DNA of 64,000 bases from an uncultured Candidatus Sumerlaeota bacterium (GTDB lineage Bacteria > Sumerlaeota > Sumerlaeia > UBA8349): assembly GCA_942493245.1 (NCBI GenBank), contig OW818685.1, forward strand, positions 3,452,389 to 3,516,388. Direction: 5' to 3'. The position numbers and the translations under genes were made by a program. Shown piece by piece: positions 1-9,200 of this stretch. The notes beneath the pieces are model-generated. The model ran no database searches, was not told the DNA's origin, and was given only the letters and a program-made list of their open reading frames with translations. Position 1 is the stretch's first letter. Every line of letters begins with the position of its first letter.

Positions 1-322
1 GCCTGGCTCGACCAGTGCGCGAAAACCGACAAAGCGCTCGACACAATCACTGATCCGACCCTGCGCGCACAGGTACGCACGTACCTGAAAGAACAACGAA
101 AAATTCAGGCGTTTCTGAATCTCCCCCTGGAATGGGACAACTTGAGGTTCCCCCCGTCCATTGGACAGGGATCGGGTAGGATTAAGGTGTGACGCCTGAC
201 GACCCGATCATGTTTTTTTCTCGCTTATTTGACGGAAGGGGCGGTCGGGGTCGGTTCCCGCGTCCCGTCCCCTTCGCGTCGTTTTGAGGGCATCTTTAAC
301 CTACCATTCGGCGCTGATCGGA

Positions 323-1180
323 TCAATTCATTTGGTCAGCGAAATCTCTGTTTTGCTGCTTCGCAGTCTCAAAGCCGTTCGCCCAGTGAACCTCCTGGGG
401 CGTGCGGTAGCCAAGCGACTGATGCGGCCGCTGCGTGTTGTAGAATCGGAAGTACGCCCCGAGCGCCTTGTCCGCAGCGGGCGGGTCCGCATACTCGCAC
501 AGGTACACCTCCTCGTACTTCACGCTGCGCCACAGGCGTTCCGTGAAGATGTTGTCGAAGCAGCGGCCCCGCCCGTCCATGCTGATCCGGATGCCGCTCT
601 CCTCCAGCCGTTTCGTGAACGCCCCGCTGGTGAACTGCACGCCCTGGTCGGTGTTGAAAATATCGGGACACCCCAGACGCAGCGCCTCGTCGAGAGTCTC
701 GACGCAAAACGAGGTGTCGAGCGAGTTCGAGAGCCGCCACGCCAGCACGTAACGGCTGAACCAGTCGATCACCGCCGTCAGGTAGAGAAAACCGCCCGCC
801 AGGCCGATGTACGTGATGTCGGACGCCCAGACCTGGTTGGGGCGCACGATCGGCAGATCCCGCAGCAAATACGGGTACTTCTTGTGCTGCGGCGCGCTGT
901 GGCTCAGGCCCTTGCGCGGCGCCACGGCCCGCAACCCCATCACCCGCATGAGCCGCTCGACCCGCTTGTGGTTGATCGGCTGGCCGAGGGTGCGCGAGAG
1001 GTGCGCGGTCATCTTGGGCGAACCGTAGAACGGAAAGCAGGTGTAGATCTCGTCGATCCGGCGCATCAGTTCCAACTCCTGAGGGTCGCGTTCCACCGGC
1101 TGGTAGTAGTAGGTCGAGCGCGGCAGACCGAGCAGGGCGCACTGGCGCGAAATGGCCAGTTCCCCGTGCCCCGGCTCCAC
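323..1180 (-). CDS. IS3-family transposase OrfB (DDE integrase core); open frame extends upstream to 1222
   Basis: 285 aa containing the rve/integrase-core region (..WASDITYIGLAGGFLYLTAVIDWFSRYVLAWRLS..., ..NTDQGVQFTS..., ..YNTQRPHQSLGYRTPQE..). The frame is open from the stop at 1223-1225 that overlaps the A-run. Confidence 0.85.
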   Translation of the reverse strand: MEPGHGELAISRQCALLGLPRSTYYYQPVERDPQELELMRRIDEIYTCFPFYGSPKMTAHLSRTLGQPINHKRVERLMRVMGLRAVAPRKGLSHSAPQHKKYPYLLRDLPIVRPNQVWASDITYIGLAGGFLYLTAVIDWFSRYVLAWRLSNSLDTSFCVETLDEALRLGCPDIFNTDQGVQFTSGAFTKRLEESGIRISMDGRGRCFDNIFTERLWRSVKYEEVYLCEYADPPAADKALGAYFRFYNTQRPHQSLGYRTPQEVHWANGFETAKQQNRDFADQMN

Positions 1181-1202
1181 CAGCGCCTGCGCCTGGCCGG
1201 GG

Positions 1203-1493
1203 TCAAGCGCCGCACTTTTTTTTTAGCCAGTCGAGTTCCACCTTGAGCCGTCCGATCTGCTCGTAGAGTTGGCTGGTCTCTTCCGCCTCCTTTCCCGGCC
1301 GCTTGCGCCGGTCGGCGAAAGCCCCGCTCAGGGATTCCACCGCCTGCTTCTTCCACATCACCACCTGGTGGGGATGGATGCCGCGCTCGCTGGCAATCTC
1401 ATTGATCGTCCGCTTGCCGCGAATTGCCTCCAGTGCCACCTCCGCCTTGAAAGACGCACTGAAACGTCGCCTCTTTTCGCTCATTTTCCCCAC
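1203..1493 (-). CDS. IS3-family transposase OrfA (HTH DNA-binding)
   Basis: 96 aa, MGKMSEKRRRFSASFKAEVALEAIRGKRTINEIASERGIHPHQVVMWKKQ..., a classic IS3 OrfA helix-turn-helix with a leucine-zipper-like C-terminus; ends WLKKKCGA* directly after the A9 tract. Confidence 0.85.
   Translation of the reverse strand: MGKMSEKRRRFSASFKAEVALEAIRGKRTINEIASERGIHPHQVVMWKKQAVESLSGAFADRRKRPGKEAEETSQLYEQIGRLKVELDWLKKKCGA
1213..1226 (-). promoter_or_regulatory. A9 homopolymer recoding site at the orfA/orfB junction (transcriptional slippage or +1 frameshift candidate)
   Basis: Minus-strand sequence CTGGCT-A9-GTGCGG (plus-strand T9 at 1216-1224). OrfB lies in the +1 frame relative to OrfA, so canonical -1 ribosomal frameshifting would not join them; an mRNA with one fewer A gives an in-frame OrfAB fusion. 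Confidence 0.55.
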
Positions 1494-1620
1494 TCCTTCC
1501 TGGACACAAGCCTAACAGAATACCACCTTAAAGGCCTGTCCAGTTTTCGGGGGGAACTTCAACTACACGGACCTCAACCTGGGCGAATATACTAAATATT
1601 TAAGGGTCTCAAATTCAATC

Positions 1621-2073
1621 ATGCCGTCTATCAAAATCTCTAAGGACTGGAGAGAATTCCTGAGAACATACCCGGAATTCCGAAGCGCGTACGAGGAGGA
1701 GAAGAACTATTCCCCCGTTCTCCTCGAAAGAATGGGATTTGAATTCTCGGTCCATACCCAGCGCTGGGAAGACGCAGCGTTATCTTGCGTTAGTGGCGAC
1801 ATCAGTTCCAATAAGAGAATGTCGGAGGTAAGTAACTGGGAAGAAGAGGTGTATTGTCTGCGCCAGATGGGCGCACCGGGTCTCGCCTGCCTGGCGGGCC
1901 GCTCGTACCAGCGCGCGCTCGATTCTCAACGGCAGGGCCAATCGCCCACCAATAAATTCCAACGCTACCTGCGATACCCGGGTTATCTGCCCTTATTTGC
2001 TACACGGGAAATCAAGTATCGTTCTGGAATTAAACTTAAAAACGAACAGAATTTACAGGATTTACAGAAATAA
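1621..2073 (+). CDS. hypothetical protein (possible gene remnant in an AT-rich island next to the IS3)
   Basis: 150-aa ORF; the first half is AT-rich and codes a plausible polypeptide, the second half is GC-rich. No recognisable motif. Confidence 0.25.
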   Translation: MPSIKISKDWREFLRTYPEFRSAYEEEKNYSPVLLERMGFEFSVHTQRWEDAALSCVSGDISSNKRMSEVSNWEEEVYCLRQMGAPGLACLAGRSYQRALDSQRQGQSPTNKFQRYLRYPGYLPLFATREIKYRSGIKLKNEQNLQDLQK

Positions 2074-2209
2074 TACGATCCAAAAATCGCAACCCACAAT
2101 CTTGTCAATTTTTTGTATTTTTATCTCTGAATCTGGACGAATGTATTGGGCGGACACGCAGGTCCGCCCCTACATTCTGGAATTTTCAAAAAAACCCTGA
2201 ACAAAAAGA

Positions 2210-3793
2210 TCACCACCCGAACGTCACCAGACTCCGTCCGGGTAAAGTGTATTGAAAAAACTTGTCACCGGTCTGTACCTGGAACACCTTCTCCGCTTCG
2301 TTCCGATTGAACACGGCGAGGGTGGTCTTCCCCTCCGGCGCGGCGAAGGCCACCACATCCAGATCCTTATTCGGACCGTCCCCTTCGACAGAAGCGGCCA
2401 CGCGGCGCGAACCGGGCTGCGCCGCGCGGGACATTTGGGCCATTCCGTAGAACTCGCGCTCGAATTTGACCTCCTGCCAGGTGTCCGACCGGACCGTCAC
2501 CACCCCGATCCCGGCCGAATCGTCGCGCAGGGTCGGACCGTACTTCTGGTCGAGCGCCAGATTCCACTCCTGGATCGCCTGACACCCGTTCTGCGGCCCA
2601 CCCATCCAGCTCATCGCCATGCGCGAGCGCACATTGCCCCACCAGCCGCCGCGTTTCTTTCCCCACGCCGAGATTTCGGTGCAGATGATCATCTTGTCGG
2701 GGAATTTCTGATGGATCGCCTGATAGGCCTTCTTCATCGCCTCGGCGCCGCCGGAGTAACAGTGCCACGCGCTCCCGGCGATATAGCGCCCCGCCTCGGG
2801 GTCCTGGAAAATCTGCGTCACGCTGGCCACCGGGTCCATCTTGGCGTCGCCACCGAGTACCTTGCGGTCGCCGGGGTGCAGTTCCCAGTTGTGGTCGTGG
2901 ACAAAGATTTTCGTCTTGAGCCCCTTGGCCGCGAGTTTCGGCCCGAGCAGTCGGACCAAGCGGATCTGGTCCGCCTCGTCCAGGCGCATGCAGGGGTAGC
3001 GCAACAGGTCCGTCTGCGGTTCGTTCTGGAGCGTGACGGCCCAGATTTCCACCCCGGCGGCCTGGTACTGTTCGATGAACTTCACGAAATAGTCGGCGTA
3101 CACCTCGAAGCACTCGGGCTTGAGTTTGTTGACACCCCCGGCGGCTTTTTCCGCCTCGGTGATCCCCACCAGTTTCCCGTGGGTCTTCATCCAGGCGGGC
3201 GCGCTCCACGGAGACCCCATGATGCGAATGGTCGGGTTCAACTTCAACGCGTCCTTCAACGCCGGAATGATCTGTTTCCGGTCGTGGTCGATCGAGAACT
3301 TGCTCAGATCGGGGGACGGTTCATCGCAATAGGTGTAGTACGCCGGAGCGGCGGTGAAGTCCGACGCTCCCATCGGAATGCGGATGAAGCTGAACCCCGC
3401 GCCCTCGGTGGGAGAGAACAACCGCTTCATCGTGTACTCGTAGAGCGTCGGATTCTTCTCCTTCAGGTTCATGAACAGGTCCGCAGAGGCGTCGGTCATC
3501 GCCGCGCCGTAACCGAACATTTCCTGTTCCGCCGCGTTGCGGTTCACCGAGATTTTCAGAGGAACTCCCGGGTCCGCCGGAAGGAGCGGCGTGGAACCGG
3601 CACGCAACAAGGTGTATTCGTCATCCTGATGGACGTCGTACTTGCCCGCGCCGCCCCCGATCCTGGCCTCCTTCGCGTCGCCATCCGGGAAACGCGTGAG
3701 CAACGTCGCCACCTCCGCGCTCCACGCGGGCACCAGGAACATTCCCACTAAAAGGCACAAAAAACTCATCCGTTGAATCGAACGCATCGCCAC
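2210..3793 (-). CDS. glycoside hydrolase family 30 (glucosylceramidase-like), secreted
   Basis: 527 aa with an N-terminal signal peptide (MSFLCLLVGMFLVPAWSA) and GH30-like stretches including ..IMGSPWSAPAWMK.. and ..VTLQNEP... Confidence 0.8.
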   Translation of the reverse strand: MAMRSIQRMSFLCLLVGMFLVPAWSAEVATLLTRFPDGDAKEARIGGGAGKYDVHQDDEYTLLRAGSTPLLPADPGVPLKISVNRNAAEQEMFGYGAAMTDASADLFMNLKEKNPTLYEYTMKRLFSPTEGAGFSFIRIPMGASDFTAAPAYYTYCDEPSPDLSKFSIDHDRKQIIPALKDALKLNPTIRIMGSPWSAPAWMKTHGKLVGITEAEKAAGGVNKLKPECFEVYADYFVKFIEQYQAAGVEIWAVTLQNEPQTDLLRYPCMRLDEADQIRLVRLLGPKLAAKGLKTKIFVHDHNWELHPGDRKVLGGDAKMDPVASVTQIFQDPEAGRYIAGSAWHCYSGGAEAMKKAYQAIHQKFPDKMIICTEISAWGKKRGGWWGNVRSRMAMSWMGGPQNGCQAIQEWNLALDQKYGPTLRDDSAGIGVVTVRSDTWQEVKFEREFYGMAQMSRAAQPGSRRVAASVEGDGPNKDLDVVAFAAPEGKTTLAVFNRNEAEKVFQVQTGDKFFQYTLPGRSLVTFGW

Positions 3794-3815
3794 ACGCTCC
3801 TTTCCGGTTCATCTT

Positions 3816-5975
3816 CTATTTCCCCGTCTTAAACTCGATCCCCAACTGGCTGAAGATGAAGGCGTACTCGTCCACGGCCATGTCGATCCGCGCCGCGAGC
3901 GGCGAACCCATGCCGTGGCCGGTGTCATTGCTCGTGCGAAGCAGAATGGGCGCTTTCGATGACGTGGCCGCCTGCATCCGGGCCGTCATTTTGCGCGACT
4001 GCATCGGCTGGACGCGCGGGTCGTTGGCCCCGGTCATGAACAACGTCGCCGGATAGGGCGTGCCCTCCTTCACATGGTGGTAGGGCGAATACGCGTACAG
4101 GGCGTCAAACTGAGCCTTGTCCTTCACCGTCCCGTACTCGGGGATGTTGAAACTGCCATTGGGGGACAGTTCCACTCGCAGCATGTCGTAAATCCCCACA
4201 CTCGACACCACCACCCGCATCGCGCCGGGGTGCTGCGTGAGCATCGCGCCCATCAGGAGCCCGCCGTTGCTGCCTCCCTCGATGGCCAACCGGTCAGCTG
4301 AGGTGTAACCTTCTTTCACCAGAAACTGCATCGCGGCGGCAAAATCGTCGAACACGTTCTGCTTGTTCGTCAGGTTTCCCTGTTTGTGCCACTCCTCGCC
4401 ATACTCGCCGCCGCCGCGTATGTTGGCCTGCGCGAAAATAATCCCCTGGTCCAACAGAACCCGCCGCATGGAGGAAAACTTCGGCTCCATGCTCGTTCCG
4501 AACCCACCGTAACCCGTCAGGAAACAGGGATTCTTTCCGTCCAACCGGGCGCCCTTCGGCAGCACGATATTGACCGGGATTTTCGTCCCATCCTTGGACA
4601 CCGCAAACTCGCGCCGCACTTCGGCGTCGCTCAAGTCCACCGGCGTCGTGCTCCCCAGGGCGGTCTTCACGGTCTTATTGGTCTTGCCATCGAATCGGTA
4701 GAACGTGTTGGGCGTCGTGTAGGAGACGGCGGAGAACGCCACCTCGTCGCCTCCGAGGGGAGCCAGCCCCCCCAGCGAGGCCACGGCCGGTTGCTCCGGC
4801 GCCTGGAGCGGCTTACCATCGAGGTCGAACACGCGAATCTGCGAGGGTCCACCCAACTGATAAACCACAAAGAGGCGCGACGCAGTCACGACCAGCGTCG
4901 GCGGATCGTTGTAGAAACTCGTCAGAATAGTGTCCTGAGATTCGGGGACAATCGTCTTCGCCTCGCTGAGTTTCCCGTCGCGTACCGGCATTCGAAGAAT
5001 CTTGCCCCTGGGGGCGCCCTGCACGGAAATCAGGAACAATGTCCCCTCGGGACCAAACGTCGCCTGGACTGCCTTGTCCTCGAATCGGCTGATCTGCCGC
5101 CACTCGCCCTCGGGCGACCGAAGGTAGAACGCGAACTCGCCGCCGTCGCCATTCTGAACCGTCGCCAGCAGGTAGCCGGTCTGGGGGTTCATCTCGACTT
5201 CGATCTCGCCAATGCGCGGCAGGTCGCGCCCCATCTCATAGCGATCCTGCTCGGCGGGCGTGCCGAACTTATGAAAATACAACTGCATGTAGAAATCCAT
5301 ATCCTCGGGCTTGCGCTCGGTTCCCCGGGGGTACCGGGTGAAGAACAGCCCCTGTCCATCCGCCGCGAAGGCCACATCGCCCCCGGCGGTCCCGCCATTC
5401 ACGCGCGGGATCACCTCATGGACCTGCGTCCCCGTGGCGGTGTCGAAAATCCAGATGTCCCCGCTTTCCGTCCCCTTTTTAGAAAGGGAGACCGCCACCA
5501 ACTTCCCGTCGTGCGACGGGACGTACCAGTCGATCGTCGTGGAACCCGAGGGATCGAGGACGTTGGGGTCCACCAGCGCGCGCTCGGCGCCCGAGGCGTC
5601 CAGAGCCGTCCGGGCCACGAGGAAGGCCTGTTGTTTCGGCGGCTCGCTCTTGACGGCCAGAAACACCCCGCCCCGGTGCGACACGTCGCCGTATCCCACC
5701 GTTTTGGCCGACATGATCTCCGTGATGCGCTTGCGGATGGCCTCGACGTTCGGCAGATTGTCGAGCGCCGACCGGGCGTGGGCGTTCTGCGCCTCGCTCC
5801 AGGCGCGCACCTCGGTATTTTCCCAATCCTCCAGCCAACGGTAATCGTCCGCCACCGCCACGCCGTGATACGTGTCCGTCACCGGTTTTTTCGCGGTTTC
5901 GGGCGCCGCGGCGCTCCCCCACCCCGCCACGGCCAGCCACCCCATCGTCAAAAACACTCCCATCTTCCGTCCCAT
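3816..5975 (-). CDS. prolyl oligopeptidase (peptidase S9A family), secreted
   Basis: 719 aa with signal peptide, N-terminal beta-propeller region and a C-terminal alpha/beta hydrolase domain carrying the serine-nucleophile motif GGSNGGLL. The stop lies 22 bp upstream of the GH30 start, so the two are probably co-transcribed. Confidence 0.85.
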   Translation of the reverse strand: MGRKMGVFLTMGWLAVAGWGSAAAPETAKKPVTDTYHGVAVADDYRWLEDWENTEVRAWSEAQNAHARSALDNLPNVEAIRKRITEIMSAKTVGYGDVSHRGGVFLAVKSEPPKQQAFLVARTALDASGAERALVDPNVLDPSGSTTIDWYVPSHDGKLVAVSLSKKGTESGDIWIFDTATGTQVHEVIPRVNGGTAGGDVAFAADGQGLFFTRYPRGTERKPEDMDFYMQLYFHKFGTPAEQDRYEMGRDLPRIGEIEVEMNPQTGYLLATVQNGDGGEFAFYLRSPEGEWRQISRFEDKAVQATFGPEGTLFLISVQGAPRGKILRMPVRDGKLSEAKTIVPESQDTILTSFYNDPPTLVVTASRLFVVYQLGGPSQIRVFDLDGKPLQAPEQPAVASLGGLAPLGGDEVAFSAVSYTTPNTFYRFDGKTNKTVKTALGSTTPVDLSDAEVRREFAVSKDGTKIPVNIVLPKGARLDGKNPCFLTGYGGFGTSMEPKFSSMRRVLLDQGIIFAQANIRGGGEYGEEWHKQGNLTNKQNVFDDFAAAMQFLVKEGYTSADRLAIEGGSNGGLLMGAMLTQHPGAMRVVVSSVGIYDMLRVELSPNGSFNIPEYGTVKDKAQFDALYAYSPYHHVKEGTPYPATLFMTGANDPRVQPMQSRKMTARMQAATSSKAPILLRTSNDTGHGMGSPLAARIDMAVDEYAFIFSQLGIEFKTGK

Positions 5976-6243
5976 CGTGCCGCCCTCCTTCTATTGCCTG
6001 GACTTGCAGCCCTTCCAATTGCTTTCGGACCCGAATTGTACCGGTCCCGGAGGGTTTCAGACAAGTCAATAATCCGATATTGTGCGCCGGTATCCCCTCG
6101 CCACCCAATGGTTCTTAATCCTGTTGTTTCTTTGCTTGACATATCGAGTCCCCTATCTCAATATACCAGAATAGTATAGGTCGTTCCTATTGCCTCCGAA
6201 ATTTTTTCCAACCATCCGAAACAACGAGAAACGAATCATAACA

Positions 6244-9200
6244 ATGGACTCCCAACAAGACGGCATGGCGATAGCGCACGAACTGATCCGCGAAGCGAAA
6301 AAAACCCACGCCCTCTTTCTGGACCTGGGAAACCTCGGATTGACAGAACTCCCCCGTGAACTGGAAGAACTCGTCTGGCTGGAAGGGCTGAATCTGTCTG
6401 TGCTCTTTCGTGACATCGTTCATATGAAATTGGTGGTATCCATAAACGAGTATAGTCCAAATCGGATCAAGTGTCTACCATCATGGATCAGAAAACTCCA
6501 ATGCCTGCGTCACCTATTCCTAACAGATTTAGAGAAACTCAATAATATGGAGGAACTTCAAAGTCTTGAGGTGCTCAGTTTAACTGATTGCAATGATTTG
6601 ACCAATGTTGACAATCTGCAAGATCTAATCCGCCTTCAAGCACTGGACTTAAGCCGCTGTTCGTGTCTAACTAATGTAGACGGACTACAAAAACTAAATG
6701 GACTCAAAGTATTGGACCTATCTGTTTGTTCAAAATTAAAAAGTATCAATTGCTTGCAAAAAATGAACAAACTTCAAGTCCTAAACTTGGATGGTTGTTG
6801 GAGTTTGGAAAATATCTCTTGTCAGCCACAACCATCCCAACTTCGGTTACTAAATGCAAGAGGATGCTGCAACCTGCCCCATATTAACATTCTGCAGGGA
6901 TTGAACCACCTTCAGACGCTGGACTTAAGTGGGTGCGGGAACCTAGCCCAAGTCAATGTGCAGGGGCTGAGGGAACTTCAGTCACTATATTTAAGCGGGT
7001 GTGAGAATCTGACACAGATCAGAGGCCTGCAGGGGTTGAACCACCTTCAGACGCTGGACTTAGGTGGGTGCGAAAACATAGCCCGAGTCAACGTGCAAGG
7101 GCTTAGACAACTTCAGTCGCTGAGATTAAGAAGGTGTCTAAGCCTGAGCCTGGTCAATATACAAGGACTGAACAAACTCCGATCACTGGACCTATGTGCC
7201 TGTACTAGTTTGACCTCTCTCCCAGATTCTGTACTATATATGCCCCAATTAGAGGAACTTTTTCTTTGTGAAAGTAGTATCTATGACATTCCCCGCCCCT
7301 TGCTTGGTCGCGATTACTATGAAAATTGTCTACCGGGTATTCGGGCGCATTTCCACGATCTGGAACAGGGGGAAGAGCTGGACCGGGAGGTCAAACTGAT
7401 CCTGCTGGGGAATGGGTGGGTGGGGAAGACGTCGGTGTGCCGCCGGTTGATCGAGAACCGGTTTGACAAACATGAAAAATCCACCCACGGCGTGCGGTTC
7501 TGGCCGTGGCGTCTGAAGGAAAAGGAGGGCGAGGAACGCGCCATCACGGTCAATGTGTGGGATTTCGGCGGGCAGGACATTTATTACGGGACGCACGCGT
7601 TGTTTCACCAGGGCCGCGCCGTCTTTGTGATTGTGTGGGACGCGGAAACGGAAGGAACCGACTTCACACAAGATGAAGAGACCCAACTGACCCACCGGAA
7701 CTACCCGGTCCAGTACTGGCTCGACTACGTCCAGTCGGTCTCTCCCGGCAGCCCGGTCGTGATCGTTCAGAACAAATGCGCCTCGGATTTCGACTACCGC
7801 GCCGTCTCACTCACGATCAAAAATTCGAGTCAACACCCTCTGCAATGCCGGTTTTGCGCTGAGGAAGCGGACGATGCCCGAAACAACCGCCAACTCCTCG
7901 TGCATTACCTGGAAGAGGCGGTCGAGAAAGTCCTGGGGCACAAAGGCACCCAACGGATTGGTGTGGGTCGCTGGGGGGTGAAACAGGAACTGCGCCGGTT
8001 GTTGAACGAGGAAAAGACGCAAACCCTTTCGATCGAACGGTATCGTAAAATCTGCAGGGACCACCACCTCGACAAGGCGGGCGCCGACGCGCTGCTCGAG
8101 TTTCTGCACCACAGCGGAACCGTTTATCACCAGGCAAACCTGTTTGACAACGCGATCATCCTCGACCTGCGCTGGGTGTGCGACGCCATTTACACCCTGC
8201 TGGACCGGCACAAAGGGTGTTATCACGATATTCGGGAAAGAAACGGTCAATTCACCGGAAACCTCCTGAACCGGCTGGTCTGGCGCGAGGCGGGTTACCA
8301 ACTGTCCGAACAGGATCTGTTTATCGAAATGATGCAGTCGTGTAAAATCTGTTTCAAGTTAGGTGAAAATGATCGCAAGGAAGCCGTCTATCTGGCGCCG
8401 GATCTGACGCCCAACTACACAGACGTCGCGGGGGGATGTTATTGGGAGGAAAAAGGCGAAACATTCTACTGGCGCTATGATCACGGCTTTCTGGGTCCGA
8501 ACGTCCTCCGGCAGGCAATGATCGAAATCGGCAAAACGTATCGGCAATCGGCCTGTTACTGGCAGAACGGCTTTTACCTGCCGCTCAATGCCCTCCAGAG
8601 CCGCGCCCGCGTCACTGCGGAATACGGCCAGAACGGCAACCCGTCCCCCGGGCACATCACCCTGGCCATTCAGGGCGCAGGCAATCCCCAGAACAAGATG
8701 GAAATGCTGGGCATCCTGCGGAACGCCTTTGAAGAAGACCGTCGGTATCGGTGGCGCGAAAGTAATCGCAAAGATTGGGGGTTGGAACAAAAAAAGACCG
8801 GCATCCGGTATCAGGTTTCCCTGGATGGGGAGCACTGGGTGGATCTGGAAGCGTTGAAAACCATGCGCGACCTCGGGAACCCCCATGTGGCCTCTTTCGG
8901 GGACAACGACGCCCCACCCGTTCAACAGGAAGTCGCCGATTACCTCCATTACCTCGACCATCTGGACACCCCGTCCCGGTTCGACGGGGAGACACCCCGT
9001 CCACTCCCCCTCGCAAAAAACCAAGACACCTTGACTCCCATTACAGACGAAAAGGAAACGAAACCCATGAGCCCAGCCAATCCCCCGAAGGTTTTTATCA
9101 GTTACAGTCATGAAACCGCAGAACACGATGAACGTATCCGCAAATTGGCGGATCAGTTGTGTGAAAAGGATGGGATTGAGGTAGAACTCGACCAGTACCA

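Larger units (their letters stand above)
285..1542 (-). mobile_element. IS3-family insertion sequence (boundaries approximate)
   Basis: Two consecutive ORFs on the minus strand typical of IS3: a small HTH OrfA and a DDE integrase-core OrfB, joined at a homopolymer tract. Weak, imperfect terminal similarity starting TG...CTTTAA at about 285 and its reverse complement at about 1542. The flank at 1560-2200 is AT-rich, unlike the element. Confidence 0.75.

Noticed and set aside
284-1246. 320-aa plus-strand ORF inside the IS3 element
   Set aside because: Antisense to the transposase OrfB; no motifs.
1066-1356. The -1 frame product at the IS3 A-run (ORF 1066..1356) as the frameshift target
   Set aside because: The -1 frame from OrfA encodes only a short Arg-rich peptide and terminates at 1066 without the DDE domain. 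The integrase core is in the +1 frame, so canonical -1 frameshifting was rejected for this sequence as given.
2252-3751. 499-aa ORF on the plus strand
   Set aside because: Fully antisense to the GH30 gene; Arg/Gly/Pro/His-rich translation typical of a shadow ORF in high-GC DNA.
4386-6179. 597-aa ORF on the plus strand
   Set aside because: Antisense to the prolyl oligopeptidase gene; low-complexity Arg/Gly-rich translation with no motifs.
6190-6243. TTG at 6190 as the ROCO start codon
   Set aside because: An in-frame ATG at 6244 is a more plausible initiator; the 18 upstream codons are AT-rich with no obvious function. The upstream start is not excluded.
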